Source: a virus (taxonomy: Duplodnaviria; Caudoviricetes). Taken from it: a stretch of DNA of 41,573 bases. The position numbers were made by a program, and so were the translations under genes. The notes below the pieces were generated by a model. It was not told the DNA's origin, searched no databases, and saw only the letters and a list, made by a program, of their open reading frames with translations. The stretch lies in the IMG/VR virus record IMGVR_UViG_3300012933_000109, positions 1-41,573 of that record. One strand, given 5' to 3'. Below, piece by piece: positions 17,357-24,784 of this stretch; position 1 is the stretch's first letter; each line of letters starts with the position of its first letter.

Positions 17357-19803
17357 CACGAGAAGAAGAAGTGAGAATTTCTTACTTCACTCAGGTCGAG
17401 AGTACCCTTCTTGGGTGGCATAGGGCAGATTGGGTACGCCCTTGCAAACTCCTCAATGGGGTCATTCTGCTCGTACATCTTGACGAATACATCACGGATG
17501 ATGTGGTACATTTCCTCAGCGTCAGCCGCATGGGTACCGTAGTCATCGTGGATCATGGCTAGGTCAAAGCCCTTGGCAGCGCAGGCCTCGGCCACAAGGT
17601 GCAGGTGAGCTGCATCCATGCTGTGCACGAAGTTGGGGGCAAGGCCGCTGGCATGTCGTCGGCCATTCGCATCGTCTTTCTCTGAGAGAACTTTGATGCG
17701 GGTGATGCCGTTGATGCGGGTGCTGATCCGGTGCTCGTTGACTTGGTAGTACGCTTGGGTGGACACAAAGCCGCTTGGTGTAATCCAAGAGATCACGCCA
17801 TCGTTGTCGTCACCATAGGTGTCAACGATCAGCTTAGCGCACTTGCTTAGCCAGTCCATAGCCTCACGGCTTTTGATAACCACGTCACCAATGGCAGGCC
17901 ATGCGTAAGCCATGAGTACAGCCGCAGCCTTGTAGTACTCCTCGGTCTTGAAGCATGGTGCCTTGCCTTGCTTGAGGTAGTCGTCGATCACGTACATCGT
18001 AGCTGTGCGTTTGGTCACACCATAGGGTGTAGTCATAACGCTGCGCTTAACCACACCACGATCAATGCCATGCTCTAACCAGCGGTGGCGCAGCTCAGCA
18101 TCGTCAGGATCAGTGGAGGCCTGCATGCGCTTGACTGTAGCCTCAGCAACACGGCGGTAAATATCCTCCATCGTTGCGTTGTTCGTGAGGTTAGTAGCCT
18201 TGCCACCTACCTCGTCACGCAACATGGCAGAGAAGTTCTGCAAGCCGTTACAAGAACCATCCATGCTCACAGCGATGCGAGACTCAAAACCATCAGGGTC
18301 GATCTGCCATTCTGCATACTCAAAGCACCACGCCAAAAACTGGAGTGGGCTGTCTGCATCTTGCCATTCAGTTCGATTAACTGGGTCGCTTGCAATCGCC
18401 ATGAGCATCTGGTCTTTGTCCTTGTGCCAGTCAACACGCTCTTGTAATGTAGCCTTGTCAAAGCCCCACTTGTTTGCACCGTGAATCAAGAACCAGCGGC
18501 GTGCTGATTCAGTGGACAAAGGCTTACCCTTGGCAAAGTGCAGCAAAGACTTCTGCAAGTCCGAGCCTTGTGGGTTGACACCATAGGTCAATGGGTAGAA
18601 GCGGCCACGACTATCAGCGAAGTAAACAAAGTACACGTTGTCGTATTCTTTGAATGTGTCAGCGGCACGTGTTGCACTGTAGAAGCGAGCATACTTGGTG
18701 CCTAGCATCTTGCGTGCTGTGTACCACTTAGCCATTTCACGTTTCCATACAAGGAACTCCTGCTGCTGTTCGCCATCAAGGGCACTTGTGTCTTGCACAT
18801 CTTCCAACCACGAAGGCCGCGCAGGCTTCTCCGTCTCACGCATACTGACAATCTCACCCACGTTGGCATGCTCAGCGATTTTGAGCACTGTGTCTAGCAC
18901 ACGAGTGTTCACGCGCCACGCTGTGCGTTGCAACTGGTTGAGGCCACGTAGCACTTTAGGCATGGGCACATCACGCAGTAGTTGTCGTGCGGAACCATGG
19001 GCCTTCACCATGTACGGATGCACACGAATCATGTCACGTGTATGGAAGCCACCGTTATCGAACGCAGTCCAGTCACGTGGAGGTTCAACGCAGGGGCCAT
19101 ACAGCGGGGACATGATCTCTGTGATACCCTTAATCTTTTCGATTGTCTCAGATACCTCAGGAGTTAAGTGCACGTCACGGTCAAGCATGCGTCCGGCCAT
19201 CTTCTTGCCGTTGCGCATTGCTGGTGGTTGGATAAATATCATGCCAAGATTTTGCAAGCGCTCCATCAGGTACATACCCACTTGGTCACGAGAGCCTGTG
19301 TCCCATGTGTCAAGATGAATGCCGTTCTTCTCAGCTTGTAAACGAAACACTGTCATGCGGTGACGCACGTTCTTAGAGCGACGACGATTGAAGTCGTTGG
19401 CTAATGTGTGGTACAAGTCCGGTGACAGGTGTTCGATTTGTGCAAGCACCAACTCACAGTGAATAGTGCGGCCAATGTTGTAGGCAGATGGGCGTAACTT
19501 GCCATCGCCATAACCCATGAGAAGCATGGACAACATGGTGCGCACTGTGAGCAGGGCCACTGCCTCTAGATCAAGGGGACGCAACAACTGAGCATGAGCT
19601 GCTCGCTTGCCGGGATGGCACTCCATCACATCAGTGTGGAGGATGCGAGCCAGTGGCATCACATAATCTCGGAGGATGGTGGCAGCATAAGGATTGCGGG
19701 CAGCTTCGCCTGCCTCCTCAGCGCGGTTGATCCTAGCACGGCATCGGTCAATGCCTTGGCTATACATGCGGAGTTCAATTTCTTGTTGCGTCAGTCTTGT
19801 CAT
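17356..19803 (-). CDS. Single-subunit DNA-directed RNA polymerase (T7-type)
   Basis: 815 aa; DSRGRFY, motif A DGSCNGLQ, motif B R...K...MT..YG (RGVVKRSVMTTPYG), APNFVHSMDA, motif C IHDDYGT. Confidence 0.98.
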   Translation of the reverse strand: MTRLTQQEIELRMYSQGIDRCRARINRAEEAGEAARNPYAATILRDYVMPLARILHTDVMECHPGKRAAHAQLLRPLDLEAVALLTVRTMLSMLLMGYGDGKLRPSAYNIGRTIHCELVLAQIEHLSPDLYHTLANDFNRRRSKNVRHRMTVFRLQAEKNGIHLDTWDTGSRDQVGMYLMERLQNLGMIFIQPPAMRNGKKMAGRMLDRDVHLTPEVSETIEKIKGITEIMSPLYGPCVEPPRDWTAFDNGGFHTRDMIRVHPYMVKAHGSARQLLRDVPMPKVLRGLNQLQRTAWRVNTRVLDTVLKIAEHANVGEIVSMRETEKPARPSWLEDVQDTSALDGEQQQEFLVWKREMAKWYTARKMLGTKYARFYSATRAADTFKEYDNVYFVYFADSRGRFYPLTYGVNPQGSDLQKSLLHFAKGKPLSTESARRWFLIHGANKWGFDKATLQERVDWHKDKDQMLMAIASDPVNRTEWQDADSPLQFLAWCFEYAEWQIDPDGFESRIAVSMDGSCNGLQNFSAMLRDEVGGKATNLTNNATMEDIYRRVAEATVKRMQASTDPDDAELRHRWLEHGIDRGVVKRSVMTTPYGVTKRTATMYVIDDYLKQGKAPCFKTEEYYKAAAVLMAYAWPAIGDVVIKSREAMDWLSKCAKLIVDTYGDDNDGVISWITPSGFVSTQAYYQVNEHRISTRINGITRIKVLSEKDDANGRRHASGLAPNFVHSMDAAHLHLVAEACAAKGFDLAMIHDDYGTHAADAEEMYHIIRDVFVKMYEQNDPIEEFARAYPICPMPPKKGTLDLSEVRNSHFFFS

Positions 19804-19806
19804 AGT

Positions 19807-20697
19807 TTAGTCAGGTTGAAGTTTGTCATGCCGCACACCCTTGACGCGCGGCTCACGTAAGCTACCATCTTCGGTAATGCCAATGCACTCTACCTCAACG
19901 ATCTTGCCGATAATGCTCGACGGATCAGAGAGCCATGCACGGCGTGTGTCATAGTCCAAGCCACCAGCACGAACTGGTTTGCCTTTGTAGTCAAGCACGA
20001 GGTTGCCCGCCATGCCTGCCATCTTGCCTTCACCTTCTTCAACGCCAGTAACCAGCAAGTCAAACGACATGACTGGCTTGACCTTGATGAGTTCACCATC
20101 ACGCGCTGTGCCCTTTGTCCAAGGTGCATTCATGTTGCGCATGATGAGGCCATCGTAACCACCTTCTGCAACGAGCTGATTAGCCAGTTGCTGTGGCACA
20201 TACGTGCCGGGTGGGTAGTAGGCTACCTCTACCAATGGTGAGTCAACGGTGTTAAGGTTACGCAGTGTGAGGCACAGGTGCTTCATGCGCTCTGTGTACG
20301 GCACAGGGTCATAGCCTTCCTCGTAAGCAGAGTGCGACACAATGTCATACACTACATACAAGAGTTGTGGCTGTGGTGCGTGTCGTCGGAATGCTCCGCT
20401 GATCTCAGGGAACTTGGTGTTGAGTTGCCACACCTCACCGAAGATCACCCAGCCAATGCCGAACACAGCGTTGCATGCTTGCACAATGTGGTCACATGAT
20501 TTGACCAGCTCGCCAGTACGAGACTGAGCATAGCCACCGTGTGCTGGCATTTCTGTGCGCACCACCATGTGACAGCCATCGTACTTGCGTTGACCGATGT
20601 GTGAGTGTTGTGCTAACTCATCCAGTGAGTGCATCTTCTTGTAGGCAGCAGACTGCTTGTCGAACTCAGTTGCTTTCTGAATGATGTAATCAGCCAT
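19807..20697 (-). CDS. ATP-dependent DNA ligase
   Basis: KYDG adenylation motif, GEVW, DGLIMR, IKVKP, GSLREP. Start moved to the ATG at 20697 (GGAG RBS). Confidence 0.93.
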   Translation of the reverse strand: MADYIIQKATEFDKQSAAYKKMHSLDELAQHSHIGQRKYDGCHMVVRTEMPAHGGYAQSRTGELVKSCDHIVQACNAVFGIGWVIFGEVWQLNTKFPEISGAFRRHAPQPQLLYVVYDIVSHSAYEEGYDPVPYTERMKHLCLTLRNLNTVDSPLVEVAYYPPGTYVPQQLANQLVAEGGYDGLIMRNMNAPWTKGTARDGELIKVKPVMSFDLLVTGVEEGEGKMAGMAGNLVLDYKGKPVRAGGLDYDTRRAWLSDPSSIIGKIVEVECIGITEDGSLREPRVKGVRHDKLQPD

Positions 20698-20944
20698 AGT
20701 ATTTCTCCGTGGCATCCATGGCATCAGCGATGATACCTACTGCATCATTGAACTTGGTGTCAGCGGTTAGCTTCTCTGCCAACTGTGCGTACAGGTCAGC
20801 CTTCAACTCATCGTGGCCGAAGCCACACACCTCAACTGCATGGTACAGTGCATCTTCCAAGTCTTCTATTGGGAAGCGCTCGTTGTCAGGGTCTTTGGCA
20901 TAGATAGCCATGGCTATGACTAGCGCCTTGCTTGCGTTACTCAT
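20690..20944 (-). CDS. Hypothetical protein
   Basis: 84 aa; ATGA overlap with the upstream gene and overlaps the ligase start. Confidence 0.75.
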   Translation of the reverse strand: MSNASKALVIAMAIYAKDPDNERFPIEDLEDALYHAVEVCGFGHDELKADLYAQLAEKLTADTKFNDAVGIIADAMDATEKYYG

Positions 20945-21519
20945 TCAGGATTCTCCATCAAGTACAGCTCAAGTTTAGCAAGGGCATTCCATGCTTCGTG
21001 TGCAAGATGGAGTGAGCCGCTGAGAGGGTCTTTGATTTCTCCAGCTTCGCGATATAGGCGGTGACGAGCTTCTGCATCCGAGTAGCGTTTAAATCCGTCT
21101 TTGACTTCCCGCCAACCGTTGTCAGTGTACTTAGCTGCACCGTCTGTACCCACCTTGGTGACAGCGAGGAGCGCATTAGCAAAGCCTCCGAGTACCAGAG
21201 CAGGTCGTAGTTTACCGGCGTCGAGCTTAGCACCCGGTGCATGTTGGTCGATACCATCAGGTGTCTTCTCCGTGGTTGGTTTGATCTTGGGAGTGCACGT
21301 ACCAGTTGCACGGCTGACCAACTTTACGTAGCGTACATCGTATGTATAACCACCTAGGCTCTCTAGGTACACACCTTTGTCAGCATCTAACCGAGATACT
21401 ATTGCGGTCTTACCTACGCAGTCGCGCATGGGGGAAACCCACCCGCCATGGTACTGGATGCCATCATCAGGTTTTAGTAGCACCTCAACACGATCACCCA
21501 CTTTAAATGGATTACTCAT
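20941..21519 (-). CDS. dATP/dGTP diphosphohydrolase domain protein (DUF5664-like) with an N-terminal SH3/KOW-like domain
   Basis: GAKLDAGK.R..L...V...GAAKY...W...RY..A..RH...D..SG..HLAH.AWNAL signature; N-terminal FKVGDRV domain. Confidence 0.85.
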   Translation of the reverse strand: MSNPFKVGDRVEVLLKPDDGIQYHGGWVSPMRDCVGKTAIVSRLDADKGVYLESLGGYTYDVRYVKLVSRATGTCTPKIKPTTEKTPDGIDQHAPGAKLDAGKLRPALVLGGFANALLAVTKVGTDGAAKYTDNGWREVKDGFKRYSDAEARHRLYREAGEIKDPLSGSLHLAHEAWNALAKLELYLMENPE

Positions 21520-21528
21520 TGTCTTTCC

Positions 21529-22308
21529 TTAGTTAGCAAGCAGCGCACGGCGCTTGGCTTTGCTGTTGATTGTGAAACGATCACGACTCCAGCCACCGCA
21601 TGAGTTGCAGCGGTAACGATGGTACTCGCTCACGTTGGTACGAACAACGCCGTCTTTTTCAACGTCATGGCTACCACACTTAGGGCAGGCGATCTCCTCG
21701 CTTGCAGTGTAGGCGGCTACGTTGGGGTGGCCTGTTACCCATGGGCGCAGCTTGAGGTACACCTGCTCCATTGACAGCACGTCAGGGATGTTGTACTTCT
21801 TCATCGCAGCCCAAGCCTTTGGGTTGTCGTTCAAGCATTCGCTCCACAGCTCGAAGCCGGGGAATGCTTTGTGCTTTGACTTCTGAATCTTGGACAGGTA
21901 CGTGCTCAACCACTCCAGCTTGTTGCTGGTAAAGGCTGCGACTTGTCGTGCCATCAGCATGGTGTCAATGACACGCACGGGTGATGGAGGTGGCAAGTCA
22001 TGCAAGATCATTCGAGCACGCATCTTACGCATGTCGAAGCGCTTGCCGTTCTGTGCAATCAGGAAGTCATAGTCGTGCATGATTTCCCACAAGCGTTGGA
22101 CGATGGCCTTGTCATTGAGTGGATCACCTGCTGTGTCCATGTACTCAGTCTCTTTCTTGCTTGCACCTAATGGCTTGAAGCAGAAGGAAAGGATTGTCCA
22201 CTCGCGGTCAATCTGATTGAGGCCTACGTTCTGATCGAACAAACCCCATGTGTGTGCACGCAGTGGGCTTGTCTCAATGTCGATCAGTCCGATCTTAGCT
22301 TCGCTCAT
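21529..22308 (-). CDS. RNase H-fold (DnaQ/PolB-like) 3'-5' exonuclease with C-terminal Zn ribbon
   Basis: DIET, NGKRFD, IDT and YNIPD motifs; CPKC...CNSC. Confidence 0.88.
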   Translation of the reverse strand: MSEAKIGLIDIETSPLRAHTWGLFDQNVGLNQIDREWTILSFCFKPLGASKKETEYMDTAGDPLNDKAIVQRLWEIMHDYDFLIAQNGKRFDMRKMRARMILHDLPPPSPVRVIDTMLMARQVAAFTSNKLEWLSTYLSKIQKSKHKAFPGFELWSECLNDNPKAWAAMKKYNIPDVLSMEQVYLKLRPWVTGHPNVAAYTASEEIACPKCGSHDVEKDGVVRTNVSEYHRYRCNSCGGWSRDRFTINSKAKRRALLAN

Positions 22309-22523
22309 TTAACACCTCGATAAAGTACAGATTTAATATGGGACAACATTAGGGAACGCAGGCGAACTTCGATCTCCTCAAGTCCCATAACATAGCCACG
22401 CTCTAACTCAATGCGTGGACGGCACACTCGTGCTGTGTAGGCCTCGCCCTCAATTACAGCGCAGTGTTCATAGTGCTCATCGCCAGTCTTAGGGTCTACC
22501 CAAAAGTCCTTAACGATCTTCAT
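22305..22523 (-). CDS. Hypothetical protein (72 aa)
   Basis: Start moved to the ATG at 22523 (MKIVKDFWV...), which overlaps the stop of the upstream 54-aa gene (ATGA). Confidence 0.72.
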   Translation of the reverse strand: MKIVKDFWVDPKTGDEHYEHCAVIEGEAYTARVCRPRIELERGYVMGLEEIEVRLRSLMLSHIKSVLYRGVK

Positions 22524-22684
22524 TGGCAGGCCTCGCATGTTGTGTCACCTGTCTGGTCACGGTTGCACACCAAGGGTGCGTCACTCTCGAAGTCCAGCAC
22601 AGATTGTGTTGGTGAGGGTGCATGTGTGGGCAGGGGCTGCTTCTGCATTTCTTCCATGCTCATCGGTTTGTTTGTTTCACTCAT
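22520..22684 (-). CDS. 54-aa acidic peptide ending in CEACQ; resembles the C-terminal redox tail of class Ia RNR alpha subunits
   Basis: MSETNKPMSMEEMQKQPLPTHAPSPTQSVLDFESDAPLVCNRDQTGDTTCEACQ, translated by hand. ATGA overlaps at both ends and AAGGA RBS. The gene call is strong; the function is inferred. Confidence 0.85.
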   Translation of the reverse strand: MSETNKPMSMEEMQKQPLPTHAPSPTQSVLDFESDAPLVCNRDQTGDTTCEACQ

Positions 22685-23058
22685 GCTGCTTCCTTCTTTG
22701 CTGCGTAGCGTTTACGTGCCAACTTCTTAGCACGCTCTTTCTTTTCTTCCACCGTGCGGTGGGTGGGGTACACTGGGTGATGTGAGTAATCACCGTTGAT
22801 GTACTGTTCGACACGGCTGAGCATGTTACCCAGTCGTGAACCAAGCAGGTGATTGATACGCCGAGCGTTCTCAATCTTGCCGAGCATAGCGTTGCATCCA
22901 CGGTGGAGCACAGCACGCACACGGCCTGTCTTGTGATCGTGGTCAAGCACATCAGCGCCTGCCTCAATACGTTCACAACATAACATGCACAAGCCGCCTT
23001 GCTCAGAGAGCATCTTGTCGCGCTGGACTTTGACCTGTGAGGCGGTGAGCTTCGTCAT
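22681..23058 (-). CDS. Recombination endonuclease VII (Holliday junction resolvase)
   Basis: EQGGLCMLC...VLDHDHKTGRVRAVLHRGCNAMLGK signature. Confidence 0.93.
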   Translation of the reverse strand: MTKLTASQVKVQRDKMLSEQGGLCMLCCERIEAGADVLDHDHKTGRVRAVLHRGCNAMLGKIENARRINHLLGSRLGNMLSRVEQYINGDYSHHPVYPTHRTVEEKKERAKKLARKRYAAKKEAA

Positions 23059-23983
23059 ACTTTTCCTTGACTCGTTTACGGACAGCCACTAGCGCAGCCT
23101 CCAGTTTGGGGTGGGGTGGCAGCACATGGAACACGTTGCCCATGTCAGCATCACGATCATTGCGTAACCACAACAACAGTGCTTGCTCTAGCAGGCGATT
23201 AGCCCAGTCGTCAGCATAGAAAGACTCATACAAGTTTCGGACAATGGCAAATGCTTCGCCGTTGTTCTCAGTGTCCTTGAGAAAATTCTCTGCTGTTTTG
23301 GGGCCGCACAATTTCTGCTTGCCGTCTTCGTCAACGTAGTACGGTAGACCGGGGATGTTGTCAGCGGTGTCACCGTGCAGCATCTGCAACCAGAACCACT
23401 TGTGCCCATACTGCAAGCCACCTGCTACCACTGAGTACGCACCACGTGGTACGAACGTCAGGGCCATGGTGTCCCAGTCTAAGTGCAAGCCGGGTAGCAT
23501 GCGCATGTCCTTGTCCTTGGTAGACATGACACACTCAGCGCCCTCGTAGTACGCGAAGAACGACAGGCCATCATCAGCCTCACGAGTAGCCCAGTTCTTC
23601 ACACGGAAGGCGGGGCCAGCGTAAGTCTCTAACCACTCACGAAGGTACGCCCAGTTCTTAGGCTTGCGCCCTGACTTGCGTTGCCCTTGGTATGGCTTGA
23701 CTGTGCTGATAAGGAAGCGATCTCCCTTAGTGCTACTGGCTGCGGTGAGGTGCACGATAACACGCTCAGCCCCAGCGTACTCACGCATAGTGTCAATCTT
23801 ATTTGCTGCCACGTTGCGTGAAGTTTCAATCGTCGTGTCATCGTTACCTCCAGCCCAATACGCAATCATGTCACCGTCGATGTGCAGCACGCGCCCCGGT
23901 ACAATCTCCGGGGCTACGCTCACACATGGTTCGTGCTCAGCCGCTGCGTTAGCAGCAGCCTGCATCCATGATGCGCCGGTCAT
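23003..23983 (-). CDS. 5'-3' exonuclease (T7 gp6-like)
   Basis: IDGD, YQGQR, EADD, DKD and GDTADNIPG motifs. Confidence 0.93.
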   Translation of the reverse strand: MTGASWMQAAANAAAEHEPCVSVAPEIVPGRVLHIDGDMIAYWAGGNDDTTIETSRNVAANKIDTMREYAGAERVIVHLTAASSTKGDRFLISTVKPYQGQRKSGRKPKNWAYLREWLETYAGPAFRVKNWATREADDGLSFFAYYEGAECVMSTKDKDMRMLPGLHLDWDTMALTFVPRGAYSVVAGGLQYGHKWFWLQMLHGDTADNIPGLPYYVDEDGKQKLCGPKTAENFLKDTENNGEAFAIVRNLYESFYADDWANRLLEQALLLWLRNDRDADMGNVFHVLPPHPKLEAALVAVRKRVKEKYDEAHRLTGQSPARQDAL

Positions 23984-24783
23984 TAGACCATGCTGTTCAG
24001 TGGATCATCATCAGTCTTGGCAGGAGCCGAGCTTGTCTCAGGCAAGTCCAGTGTCTGACCATTGCCAGCCAACAGCATGGAGATGGGCGAGCCAGCGAAG
24101 TTCACGGCTGACTTGATCTTGTCTTGGAACACGTTGAGGCTACGCTGCTTGTCGCCTTCGCCTGCGGTACCGTCGATGAAGATGCAGTCCCACATCTGCT
24201 TGAGCATGGCGGGCTCAGCATTCCACACGAACAAACGCAGTGGGCTGATAGCTGGTTCGACTACGAGTTCACGTGTCTCGCCAGTCTCAGGATCATCGTA
24301 GCGAGGAGGAGCAATCGTGAAGCCAGCATCATCCTTGAGGTTGGCATACGTCACCTTCTCTGTGCCCTCGCCCTTGGTTGTGTGCACCACGGTACCACGG
24401 AACGCATCGCCCAACAACTGACTCATGTGTGTGGCTGCGCCCTTGTAGTTCATGCGCTTGAACAACTTGAAGAACGCTGCCTTCTCGTTGAGCGAATGAT
24501 TGAGGCGCAAGGTCACACGGTGTGGAATCTTCTCGCCACTCTCCAGTACCTTGGCTGCATGCTTGGGGCCAGACAATTCAAACGTCAACCATACTTGGTT
24601 CTCAGTCTTGGGTGGCTTGCCGGGAATGTTGTTCTCGTGCTTACCAACTTCAACGTAGCCAACCAAACGCAAGCGGCATGGGCCTGCCTCTGGTGGTGTG
24701 TAGTCACCGCCGCCGCCCTTGACGGCTTCGTTCATGTTGGGGCCAGTTGCTGCAACCGCAGCGGTCATTGCTTTAATATCCAT
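23983..24783 (-). CDS. Conserved replication-module protein, possibly ssDNA-binding
   Basis: 266 aa between polymerase and exonuclease as in phiKMV-like phages; beta-rich with an acidic C-terminus (TDDDPL). Confidence 0.6.
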   Translation of the reverse strand: MDIKAMTAAVAATGPNMNEAVKGGGGDYTPPEAGPCRLRLVGYVEVGKHENNIPGKPPKTENQVWLTFELSGPKHAAKVLESGEKIPHRVTLRLNHSLNEKAAFFKLFKRMNYKGAATHMSQLLGDAFRGTVVHTTKGEGTEKVTYANLKDDAGFTIAPPRYDDPETGETRELVVEPAISPLRLFVWNAEPAMLKQMWDCIFIDGTAGEGDKQRSLNVFQDKIKSAVNFAGSPISMLLAGNGQTLDLPETSSAPAKTDDDPLNSMV

Positions 24784-24784
24784 C

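Noticed and set aside
17356-19803. RNA polymerase located late rather than among the early genes
   Set aside because: This is the defining layout of phiKMV-like phages.
17015-21519. 2-aminoadenine (Z) genome pathway suggested by MazG-like plus DUF5664 genes
   Set aside because: No PurZ/adenylosuccinate-synthetase-like gene and no recognisable DatZ in the window; both families are common in unmodified phages.
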